Shown piece by piece: positions 1 through 12,667 of a stretch of 64,000 nt of DNA; the first letter of the stretch is position 1, and each line of letters starts with the position of its first letter. Source of the DNA: Auanema rhodensis (Eukaryota; Animalia; Nematoda); NCBI GenBank assembly GCA_964057225.1, contig CAXKVF010000073.1:744001-808000 (forward strand), given 5' to 3'. The notes beneath the pieces are model-generated. The model had not been told where the DNA came from and searched no databases. It saw nothing but the letters and a program-made list of their open reading frames with translations. The position numbers and the translations under genes were made by a program.

Positions 1-109
1 CACGTAAATTTCAAAGTCATGGTTACCATGAAGCAATATCAATAAAAATTTGTTTTTAGACTAATATGGACATGGGGAATCTAATTTCGAAAACCGCATC
101 TCTTTATCT

Positions 110-181
110 TTCACGTGAAGCGAGTTACATACCATGTGCACATCACGTGTACATTTAATTAGCATAAATTAAAGTTCACGT
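110..181. promoter_or_regulatory. Cluster of three TCACGT motifs per monomer, including two canonical E-boxes (TTCACGTGAA at 110-119; ATCACGTG at 142-149, matching the budding-yeast CDEI consensus RTCACRTG); shown for monomer 1
   Basis: The motifs are read directly from the sequence and recur in nearly every monomer. Actual protein binding is not shown. Confidence 0.35.
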
Positions 182-528
182 AAATTTCAAAGTCATGGTT
201 ACCATGAAGCAATATCAATAAAAATTTGTTTTTAGACTAATATGGACATGGGGAATCTAATTTCGAAAACCGCATCTCTTTATCTTTCACGTGAAGCGAG
301 TTACATACCATGTGCACATCACGTGTACATTTAATTAGCATAAATTAAAGTTCACGTAAATTTCAAAGTCATGGTTACCATGAACCAATATCAATAAAAA
401 TTTGTTTTTAGACTAATATGGACATGGGGAATCTAATTTTGAAAACCGCATCTCTTTATCTTTCACGTGAAGCGAGTTACATACCAAGTGCACATCACGT
501 GTACATTTAATTAGCATAAATTAAAGTT

Positions 529-3500
529 CACGTAAATTTCAAAGTCATGGTTACCATGAAGCAATATCAATAAAAATTTGTTTTTAGACTAATATGGACA
601 TGGGGAATCTAATTTTGAAAACCGCATCTCTTTATCTTTCACGTGAAGCGAGTTACATACCATGTGCACATCACGTGTACATTTAATTAGCATAAATTGA
701 AGTTCACGTAAATTTCAAAGTCATGGTTACCATGAAGCAATATCAATAAAAATTTGTTTTTAGACTAATATGGACATGGGGAATCTAATTTCGAAAACCG
801 CATCTCTTTATCTTTCACGTGAAGCGAGTTACATACCATGTGCACATCACGTGTACATTTAATTAGCATAAATTAAAGTTCACGTAAATTTCAAAGTCAT
901 GGTTACCATGAAGCAATATCAATAAAAATTTGTTTTTAGACTAATATGGACATGGGGAATCTAATTTCGAAAACCGCATCTCTTTATCTTTCACGTGAAG
1001 CGAGTTACATACCATGTGCACATCACGTGTACATTTAATTAGCATAAATTAAAGTTCACGTAAATTTCAAAGTCATGGTTACCATGAACCAATATCAATA
1101 AAAATTTGTTTTTAGACTAATATGGACATGGGGAATCTAATTTTGAAAACCGCATCTCTTTATCTTTCACGTGAAGCGAGTTACATACCAAGTGCACATC
1201 ACGTGTACATTTAATTAGCATAAATTAAAGTTCACGTAAATTTCAAAGTCATGGTTACCATGAAGCAATATCAATAAAAATTTGTTTTTAGACTAATATG
1301 GACATGGGGAATCTAATTTCGAAAACCGCATCTCTTTATCTTTCACGTGAAGCGAGTTACATACCATGTGCACATCACGTGTACATTTAATTAGCATAAA
1401 TTAAAGTTCACGTAAATTTCAAAGTCATGGTTACCATGAACCAATATCAATAAAAATTTGTTTTTAGACTAATATGGACATGGGGAATCTAATTTTGAAA
1501 ACCGCATCTCTTTATCTTTCACGTGAAGCGAGTTACATACCAAGTGCACATCACGTGTACATTTAATTAGCATAAATTAAAGTTCACGTAAATTTCAAAG
1601 TCATGGTTACCATGCACCAATATCAATAAAAATTTGTTTTTAGACTAATATAGACATGGGGAATCTAATTTTGAAAACCGCATCTCTTTATCTTTCACGT
1701 GAAGCGAGTTACATACCAAGTGCACATCACGTGTACATTTAATTAGCATAAATTAAAGTTCACGTAAATTTCAAAGTCATGGTTACCATGAACCAATATC
1801 AATAAAAATTTGTTTTTAGACTAATATGGACATGGGGAATCTAATTTTGAAAACCGCATCTCTTTATCTTTCACGTGAAGCGAGTTACATACCAAGTGCA
1901 CATCACGTGTACATTTAATTAGCATAAATTAAAGTTCACGTAAATTTCAAAGTCATGGTTACCATGAAGCAATATCAATAAAAATTTGTTTTTAGACTAA
2001 TATGGACATGGGGAATCTAATTTTGAAAACCGCATCTCTTTATCTTTCACGTGAAGCGAGTTACATACCAAGTGCACATCACGTGTACATTTAATTAGCA
2101 TAAATTAAAGTTCACGTAAATTTCAAAGTCATGGTTACCATGCACCAATATCAATAAAAATTTGTTTTTAGACTAATATGGACATGGGGAATCTAATTTT
2201 GAAAACCGCATCTCTTTATCTTTCACGTGAAGCGAGTTACATACCAAGTGCACATCACGTGTACATTTAATTAGCATAAATTAAAGTTCACGTAAATTTC
2301 AAAGTCATGGTTACCATGAACCAATATCAATAAAAATTTGTTTTTAGACTAATATGGACATGGGGAATCTAATTTTGAAAACCGCATCTCTTCATCTTTC
2401 ACGTGAAGCGAGTTACATACCAAGTGCACATCACGTGTACATTTAATTAGCATAAATTAAAGTTCACGTAAATTTCAAAGTCATGGTTACCATGCACCAA
2501 TATCAATAAAAATTTGTTTTTAGACTAATATGGACATGGGGAATCTAATTTTGAAAACCGCATCTCTTCATCTTTCACGTGAAGCGAGTTACATACCAAG
2601 TGCACATCACGTGTACATTTAATTAGCATAAATTAAAGTTCACGTAAATTTCAAAGTCATGGTTACCATGAACCAATATCAATAAAAATTTGTTTTTAGA
2701 CTAATATGGACATGGGGAATCTAATTTTGAAAACCGCATCTCTTTTTCTTTCACGTGAAGCGAGTTACATACCAAGTGCACATCACGTGTACATTTAATT
2801 AGCATAAATTAAAGTTCACGTAAATTTCAAAGTCATGGTTACCATGCACCAATATCAATCAAAATTTGTTTTTAGACTAATATGGACATGGGGAATCTAA
2901 TTTTGAAAACCGCATCTCTTTTTCTTTCACGTGAAGCGAGTTACATATCAAGTGCACATCACGTGTACATTTAATTAGCATAAATTAAAGTTCACGTAAA
3001 TTTCAAAGTCATGGTTACCATGCACCAATATCAATCAAAATTTGTTTTTAGACTAATATGGACATGGGGAATCTAATTTTGAAAACCGCATCTCTTTATC
3101 TTTCACGTGAAGCGAGTTACATACCAAGTGCACATCACGTGTACAATTAATTAGCATAAATTAAAGTTCACGTAAATTTCAAAGTCATGGTTACCATGAA
3201 GCAATATCAATAAAAATTTGTTTTTAGACTAATATGGACATGGGGAATCTAATTTTGAAAACCGCATCTCTTTATCTTTCACGTGAAGCGAGTTACATAC
3301 CAAGTGCACATCACGTGTACATTTAATTAGCATAAATTAAAGTTCACGTAAATTTCAAAGTCATGGTTACCATGCACCAATATCAATCAAAATTTGTTTT
3401 TAGACTAATATGGACATGGGGAATCTAATTTTGAAAACCGCATCTCTTTATCTTTCACGTGAAGCGAGTTACATACCAAGTGCACATCACGTGTACAATT

Positions 3501-6500
3501 AATTAGCATAAATTAAAGTTCACGTAAATTTCAAAGTCATGGTTACCATGCACCAATATCAATCAAAATTTGTTTTTAGACTAATATGGACATGGGGAAT
3601 CTAATTTTGAAAACCGCATCTCTTTATCTTTCACGTGAAGCGAGTTACATACCAAGTGCACATCACGTGTACATTTAATTAGCATAAATTAAAGTTCACG
3701 TAAATTTCAAAGTCATGGTTACCATGAAGCAATATCAATAAAAATTTGTTTTTAGACTAATATGGACATGGGGAATCTAATTTTGAAAACCACATCTCTT
3801 TATCTTTCACGTGAAGCGAGTTACATACCAAGTGCACATCACGTGTACATTTAATTAGCATAAATTAAAGTTCACGTAAATTTCAAAGTCATGGTTACCA
3901 TGCACCAATATCAATAAAAATTTGTTTTTAGACTAATATGGACATGGGGAATCTAATTTTGAAAACCGCATCTCTTTATCTTTCACGTGAAGCGAGTTAC
4001 ATACCAAGTGCACATCACGTGTACATTTAATTAGCATAAATTAAAGTTCACGTAAATTTCAAAGTCATGGTTACCATGAACCAATATCAATAAAAATTTG
4101 TTTTTAGACTAATATGGACATGGGGAATCTAATTTTGAAAACCGCATCTCTTCATCTTTCACGTGAAGCGAGTTACATACCAAGTGCACATCACGTGTAC
4201 ATTTAATTAGCATAAATTAAAGTTCACGTAAATTTCAAAGTCATGGTTACCATGCACCAATATCAATAAAAATTTGTTTTTAGACTAATATGGACATGGG
4301 GAATCTAATTTTGAAAACCGCATCTCTTCATCTTTCACGTGAAGCGAGTTACATACCAAGTGCACATCACGTGTACATTTAATTAGCATAAATTAAAGTT
4401 CACGTAAATTTCAAAGTCATGGTTACCATGAACCAATATCAATAAAAATTTGTTTTTAGACTAATATGGACATGGGGAATCTAATTTTGAAAACCGCATC
4501 TCTTCATCTTTCACGTGAAGCGAGTTACATACCAAGTGCACATCACGTGTACATTTAATTAGCATAAATTAAAGTTCACGTAAATTTCAAAGTCATGGTT
4601 ACCATGCACCAATATCAATAAAAATTTGTTTTTAGACTAATATGGACATGGGGAATCTAATTTTGAAAACGGCATCTCTTTTTCTTTCACGTGAAGCGAG
4701 TTACATACCAAGTGCACATCACGTGTACATTTAATTAGCATAAATTAAAGTTCACGTAAATTTCAAAGTCATGGTTACCATGCACCAATATCAATCAAAA
4801 TTTGTTTTTAGACTAATATGGACATGGGGAATCTAATTTTGAAAACCGCATCTCTTTATCTTTCACGTGAAGCGAGTTACATACCAAGTGCACATCACGT
4901 GTACATTTAATTAGCATAAATTAAAGTTCACGTAAATTTCAAAGTCATGGTTACCATGAAGCAATATCAATAAAAATTTGTTTTTAGACTAATATGGACA
5001 TGGGGAATCTAATTTTGAAAACCGCATCTCTTTATCTTTCACGTGAAGCGAGTTACATACCATGTGCACATCACGTGTACATTTAATTAGCATAAATTGA
5101 AGTTCACGTAAATTTCAAAGTCATGGTTACCATGAAGCAATATCAATAAAAATTTGTTTTTAGACTAATATGGACATGGGGAATCTAATTTCGATATTAT
5201 CTTTATCTTTCACGTGAAGCGAGTTACATACCATGTGCACATCACGTGTACATTTAATTAGCATAAATTAAAGTTCACGTAAATTTCAAAGTCATGGTTA
5301 CCATGAAGCAATATCAATAAAAATTTGTTTTTAGACTAATATGGACATGGGGAATCTAATTTCGAAAACCGCATCTCTTTATCTTTCACGTGAAGCGAGT
5401 TACATACCATGTGCACATCACGTGTACATTTAATTAGCATAAATTAAAGTTCACGTAAATTTCAAAGTCATGGTTACCATGAACCAATATCAATAAAAAT
5501 TTGTTTTTAGACTAATATGGACATGGGGAATCTAATTTTGAAAACCGCATCTCTTTATCTTTCACGTGAAGCGAGTTACATACCAAGTGCACATCACGTG
5601 TACATTTAATTAGCATAAATTAAAGTTCACGTAAATTTCAAAGTCATGGTTACCATGAAGCAATATCAATAAAAATTTGTTTTTAGACTAATATGGACAT
5701 GGGGAATCTAATTTCGAAAACCGCATCTCTTTATCTTTCACGTGAAGCGAGTTACATACCATGTGCACATCACGTGTACATTTAATTAGCATAAATTAAA
5801 GTTCACGTAAATTTCAAAGTCATGGTTACCATGAACCAATATCAATAAAAATTTGTTTTTAGACTAATATGGACATGGGGAATCTAATTTTGAAAACCGC
5901 ATCTCTTTATCTTTCACGTGAAGCGAGTTACATACCAAGTGCACATCACGTGTACATTTAATTAGCATAAATTAAAGTTCACGTAAATTTCAAAGTCATG
6001 GTTACCATGCACCAATATCAATAAAAATTTGTTTTTAGACTAATATGGACATGGGGAATCTAATTTTGAAAACCGCATCTCTTTATCTTTCACGTGAAGC
6101 GAGTTACATACCAAGTGCACATCACGTGTACATTTAATTAGCATAAATTAAAGTTCACGTAAATTTCAAAGTCATGGTTACCATGCACCAATATCAATAA
6201 AAATTTGTTTTTAGACTAATATAGACATGGGGAATCTAATTTTGAAAACCGCATCTCTTTATCTTTCACGTGAAGCGAGTTACATACCAAGTGCACATCA
6301 CGTGTACATTTAATTAGCATAAATTAAAGTTCACGTAAATTTCAAAGTCATGGTTACCATGAACCAATATCAATAAAAATTTGTTTTTAGACTAATATGG
6401 ACATGGGGAATCTAATTTTGAAAACCGCATCTCTTTATCTTTCACGTGAAGCGAGTTACATACCAAGTGCACATCACGTGTACATTTAATTAGCATAAAT

Positions 6501-9499
6501 TAAAGTTCACGTAAATTTCAAAGTCATGGTTACCATGAAGCAATATCAATAAAAATTTGTTTTTAGACTAATATGGACATGGGGAATCTAATTTTGAAAA
6601 CCGCATCTCTTTATCTTTCACGTGAAGCGAGTTACATACCAAGTGCACATCACGTGTACATTTAATTAGCATAAATTAAAGTTCACGTAAATTTCAAAGT
6701 CATGGTTACCATGCACCAATATCAATAAAAATTTGTTTTTAGACTAATATGGACATGGGGAATCTAATTTTGAAAACCGCATCTCTTTATCTTTCACGTG
6801 AAGCGAGTTACATACCAAGTGCACATCACGTGTACATTTAATTAGCATAAATTAAAGTTCACGTAAATTTCAAAGTCATGGTTACCATGAACCAATATCA
6901 ATAAAAATTTGTTTTTAGACTAATATGGACATGGGGAATCTAATTTTGAAAACCGCATCTCTTCATCTTTCACGTGAAGCGAGTTACATACCAAGTGCAC
7001 ATCACGTGTACATTTAATTAGCATAAATTAAAGTTCACGTAAATTTCAAAGTCATGGTTACCATGCACCAATATCAATAAAAATTTGTTTTTAGACTAAT
7101 ATGGACATGGGGAATCTAATTTTGAAAACCGCATCTCTTCATCTTTCACGTGAAGCGAGTTACATACCAAGTGCACATCACGTGTACATTTAATTAGCAT
7201 AAATTAAAGTTCACGTAAATTTCAAAGTCATGGTTACCATGAACCAATATCAATAAAAATTTGTTTTTAGACTAATATGGACATGGGGAATCTAATTTTG
7301 AAAACCGCATCTCTTTATCTTTCACGTGAAGCGAGTTACATACCAAGTGCACATCACGTGTACATTTAATTAGCATAAATTAAAGTTCACGTAAATTTCA
7401 AAGTCATGGTTACCATGAACTAATATCAATAAAAATTTGTTTTTAGACTAATATGGACATGGGGAATCTAATTTTGAAAACCGCATCTCTTTTTCTTTCA
7501 CGTGAAGCGAGTTACATACCAAGTGCACATCACGTGTACATTTAATTAGCATAAATTAAAGTTCACGTAAATTTCAAAGTCATGGTTACCATGCACCAAT
7601 ATCAATCAAAATTTGTTTTTAGACTAATATGGACATGGGGAATCTAATTTTGAAAACCGCATCTCTTTTTCTTTCACGTGAAGCGAGTTACATATCAAGT
7701 GCACATCACGTGTACATTTAATTAGCATAAATTAAAGTTCACGTAAATTTCAAAGTCATGGTTACCATGCACCAATATCAATCAAAATTTGTTTTTAGAC
7801 TAATATGGACATGGGGAATCTAATTTTGAAAACCGCATCTCTTTATCTTTCACGTGAAGCGAGTTACATACCAAGTGCACATCACGTGTACAATTAATTA
7901 GCATAAATTAAAGTTCACGTAAATTTCAAAGTCATGGTTACCATGAAGCAATATCAATAAAAATTTGTTTTTAGACTAATATGGACATGGGGAATCTAAT
8001 TTTGAAAACCGCATCTCTTTATCTTTCACGTGAAGCGAGTTACATACCAAGTGCACATCACGTGTACATTTAATTAGCATAAATTAAAGTTCACGTAAAT
8101 TTCAAAGTCATGGTTACCATGCACCAATATCAATCAAAATTTGTTTTTAGACTAATATGGACATGGGGAATCTAATTTTGAAAACCGCATCTCTTTATCT
8201 TTCACGTGAAGCGAGTTACATACCAAGTGCACATCACGTGTACATTTAATTAGCATAAATTAAAGTTCACGTAAATTTCAAAGTCATGGTTACCATGAAG
8301 CAATATCAATAAAAATTTGTTTTTAGACTAATATGGACATGGGGAATCTAATTTTGAAAACCACATCTCTTTATCTTTCACGTGAAGCGAGTTACATACC
8401 AAGTGCACATCACGTGTACATTTAATTAGCATAAATTAAAGTTCACGTAAATTTCAAAGTCATGGTTACCATGCACCAATATCAATAAAAATTTGTTTTT
8501 AGACTAATATGGACATGGGGAATCTAATTTTGAAAACCGCATCTCTTTATCTTTCACGTGAAGCGAGTTACATACCAAGTGCACATCACGTGTACATTTA
8601 ATTAGCATAAATTAAAGTTCACGTAAATTTCAAAGTCATGGTTACCATGAACCAATATCAATAAAAATTTGTTTTTAGACTAATATGGACATGGGGAATC
8701 TAATTTTGAAAACCGCATCTCTTCATCTTTCACGTGAAGCGAGTTACATACCAAGTGCACATCACGTGTACATTTAATTAGCATAAATTAAAGTTCACGT
8801 AAATTTCAAAGTCATGGTTACCATGCACCAATATAAATAAAAATTTGTTTTTAGACTAATATGGACATGGGGAATCTAATTTTGAAAACCGCATCTCTTC
8901 ATCTTTCACGTGAAGCGAGTTACATACCAAGTGCACATCACGTGTACATTTAATTAGCATAAATTAAAGTTCACGTAAATTTCAAAGTCATGGTTACCAT
9001 GAACCAATATCAATAAAAATTTGTTTTTAGACTAATATGGACATGGGGAATCTAATTTTGAAAACCGCATCTCTTCATCTTTCACGTGAAGCGAGTTACA
9101 TACCAAGTGCACATCACGTGTACATTTAATTAGCATAAATTAAAGTTCACGTAAATTTCAAAGTCATGGTTACCATGCACCAATATCAATAAAAATTTGT
9201 TTTTAGACTAATATGGACATGGGGAATCTAATTTTGAAAACGGCATCTCTTTTTCTTTCACGTGAAGCGAGTTACATACCAAGTGCACATCACGTGTACA
9301 TTTAATTAGCATAAATTAAAGTTCACGTAAATTTCAAAGTCATGGTTACCATGCACCAATATCAATCAAAATTTGTTTTTAGACTAATATGGACATGGGG
9401 AATCTAATTTTGAAAACCGCATCTCTTTTTCTTTCACGTGAAGCGAGTTACATACCAAGTGCACATCACGTGTACATTTAATTAGCATAAATTAAAGTT
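529..9499. repeat. Higher-order tandem duplication, ~25-27 monomer unit (529-4928 vs 4929-9499)
   Basis: Rare markers pair up: A171G at 699/5099 (offset 4400 = 25x176), C132T at 2948/7695 (27x176-5), C95G at 4671/9242 (26x176-5). The order of position 31-34 types also matches apart from whole-monomer gains and losses. Confidence 0.88.
5105..5275. repeat. Aberrant 171-bp monomer carrying a complex deletion-insertion (AAACCGCATC replaced by TATTA at 5195-5199)
   Basis: Reads ATTTCGA-TATTA-TCTTTATCTTTCACG instead of ATTTCGA-AAACCGCATC-TCTTTATCTTTCACG; the array register shifts by -5 bp from here onward. Confidence 0.97.
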
Positions 9500-11259
9500 C
9501 ACGTAAATTTCAAAGTCATGGTTACCATGCACCAATATCAATCAAAATTTGTTTTTAGACTAATATGGACATGGGGAATCTAATTTTGAAAACCGCATCT
9601 CTTTATCTTTCACGTTAAGCGAGTTACATACCAAGTGCACATCACGTGTACAATTAATTAGCATAAATTAAAGTTCACGTAAATTTCAAAGTCATGGTTA
9701 CCATGAAGCAATATCAATAAAAATTTGTTTTTAGACTAATATGGACATGGGGAATCTAATTTTGAAAACCGCATCTCTTTATCTTTCACGTGAAGCGAGT
9801 TACATACCAAGTGCACATCACGTGTACATTTAATTAGCATAAATTAAAGTTCACGTAAATTTCAAAGTCATGGTTACCATGCACCAATATCAATCAAAAT
9901 TTGTTTTTAGACTAATATGGACATGGGGAATCTAATTTTGAAAACCGCATCTCTTTATCTTTCACGTGAAGCGAGTTACATACCAAGTGCACATCACGTG
10001 TACAATTAATTAGCATAAATTAAAGTTCACGTAAATTTCAAAGTCATGGTTACCATGAAGCAATATCAATCAAAATTTGTTTTTAGACTAATATGGACAT
10101 GGGGAATCTAATTTTGAAAACCGCATCTCTTTATCTTTCACGTGAAGCGAGTTACATACCAAGTGCACATCACGTGTACATTTAATTAGCATAAATTAAA
10201 GTTCACGTAAATTTCAAAGTCATGGTTACCATGAACCAATATCAATAAAAATTTGTTTTTAGACTAATATGGACATGGGGAATCTAATTTTGAAAACCGC
10301 ATCTCTTCATCTTTCACGTGAAGCGAGTTACATACCAAGTGCACATCACGTGTACATTTAATTAGCATAAATTAAAGTTCACGTAAATTTCAAAGTCATG
10401 GTTACCATGCACCAATATCAATAAAAATTTGTTTTTAGACTAATATGGACATGGGGAATCTAATTTTGAAAACCGCATCTCTTCATCTTTCACGTGAAGC
10501 GAGTTACATACCAAGTGCACATCACGTGTACATTTAATTAGCATAAATTAAAGTTCACATAAATTTCAAAGTCATGGTTACCATGAACCAATATCAATAA
10601 AAATTTGTTTTTAGACTAATATGGACATGGGGAATCTAATTTTGAAAACCGCATCTCTTCATCTTTCACGTGAAGCGAGTTACATACCAAGTGCACATCA
10701 CGTGTACATTTAATTAGCATAAATTAAAGTTCACGTAAATTTCAAAGTCATGGTTACCATGCACCAATATCAATAAAAATTTGTTTTTAGACTAATATGG
10801 ACATGGGGAATCTAATTTTGAAAACCGCATCTCTTTTTCTTTCACGTGAAGCGAGTTACATACCAAGTGCACATCACGTGTACATTTAATTAGCATAAAT
10901 TAAAGTTCACGTAAATTTCAAAGTCATGGTTACCATGCACCAATATCAATCAAAATTTGTTTTTAGACTAATATGGACATGGGGAATCTAATTTTGAAAA
11001 CCGCATCTCTTTATCTTTCACGTGAAGCGAGTTACATACCAAGTGCACATCACGTGTACAATTAATTAGCATAAATTAAAGTTCACGTAAATTTCAAAGT
11101 CATGGTTACCATGAAGCAATATCAATAAAAATTTGTTTTTAGACTAATATGGACATGGGGAATCTAATTTTGAAAACCGCATCTTTTTATCTTTCACGTG
11201 AAGCGAGTTACATACCAAGTGCACATCACGTGTACATTTAATTAGCATAAATTAAAGTT

Positions 11260-12667
11260 CACGTAAATTTCAAAGTCATGGTTACCATGAAGCAATATCA
11301 ATAAAAATTTGTTTTTAGACTAATATGGACATGGGGAATCTAATTTTGAAAACCACATCTCTTTATCTTTCACGTGAAGCGAGTTACATACCAAGTGCAC
11401 ATCACGTGTACATTTAATTAGCATAAATTAAAGTTCACGTAAATTTCAAAGTCATGGTTACCATGAACCAATATCAATAAAAATTTGTTTTTAGACTAAT
11501 ATGGACATGGGGAATCTAATTTTGAAAACCGCATCTCTTTATCTTTCACGTGAAGCGAGTTACATACCAAGTGCACATCACGTGTACATTTAATTAGCAT
11601 AAATTAAAGTTCACGTAAATTTCAAAGTCATGGTTACCATGAACTAATATTAATAAAAATTTGTTTTTAGACTAATATGGACATGGGGAATCTAATTTTG
11701 AAAACCGCATCTCTTTATCTTTCACGTGAAGCGAGTTACATACCAAGTGCACATCACGTGTACATTTAATTAGCATAAATTAAAGTTCACGTAAATTTCA
11801 AAGTCATGGTTACCATGAACTAATATCAATAAAAATTTGTTTTTAGACTAATATGGACATGGGGAATCTAATTTTGAAAACCGCATCTCTTTATCTTTCA
11901 CGTGAAGCGAGTTACATACCAAGTGCACATCACGTGTACATTTAATTAGCATAAATTAAAGTTCACGTAAATTTCAAAGTCATGGTTACCATGAAGCAAT
12001 ATCAATAAAAATTTGTTTTTAGACTAATATGGACATGGGGAATCTAATTTTGAAAACCACATCTCTTTATCTTTCACGTGAAGCGAGTTACATACCAAGT
12101 GCACATCACGTGTACATTTAATTAGCATAAATTAAAGTTCACGTAAATTTCAAAGTCATGGTTACCATGAACCAATATCAATAAAAATTTGTTTTTAGAC
12201 TAATATGGACATGGGGAATCTAATTTTGAAAACCGCATCTCTTTATCTTTCACGTGAAGCGAGTTACATACCAAGTGCACATCACGTGTACATTTAATTA
12301 GCATAAATTAAAGTTCACGTAAATTTCAAAGTCATGGTTACCATGAACTAATATTAATAAAAATTTGTTTTTAGACTAATATGGACATGGGGAATCTAAT
12401 TTTGAAAACCGCATCTCTTTATCTTTCACGTGAAGCGAGTTACATACCAAGTGCACATCACGTGTACATTTAATTAGCATAAATTAAAGTTCACGTAAAT
12501 TTCAAAGTCATGGTTACCATGAACTAATATCAATAAAAATTTGTTTTTAGACTAATATGGACATGGGGAATCTAATTTTGAAAACCGCATCTCTTTATCT
12601 TTCACGTGAAGCGAGTTACATACCAAGTGCACATCACGTGTACATTTAATTAGCATAAATTAAAGTT
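11260..12667. repeat. 4-monomer (704-bp) tandem duplication
   Basis: The series AAGC+G96A, AACC, AACT+C40T, AACT occurs twice; C40T at 11651 and 12355. Confidence 0.85.

Noticed and set aside
17-36. RFX X-box-like motif (GTTACCATG)
   Set aside because: Only one half-site matches; the second half (GYAAC) is absent in all alleles of positions 31-34.
74-77. G-quadruplex potential from the GGGG run
   Set aside because: There is only one G-run of 3 or more per 176 bp, too sparse for an intramolecular G4.
85-101. CENP-B box in the T88C variant (TTTCGAAAACCGCATC)
   Set aside because: It has TTCG but lacks the correctly spaced A and CGGG of the NTTCGNNNNANNCGGGN consensus on either strand.
1-176. 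Identity with known ~171-180-bp satellites (primate alpha, Arabidopsis CEN178, Brassica CentBr, honeybee AluI) or with 5S rDNA, tRNA or spliced-leader tandem units
   Set aside because: The similarity is in length only. I recognise no sequence match, the consensus has no AGCT/AAGCTT site, and I see no Pol III A/B/C boxes or RNA gene structure. A database search is needed for any assignment.
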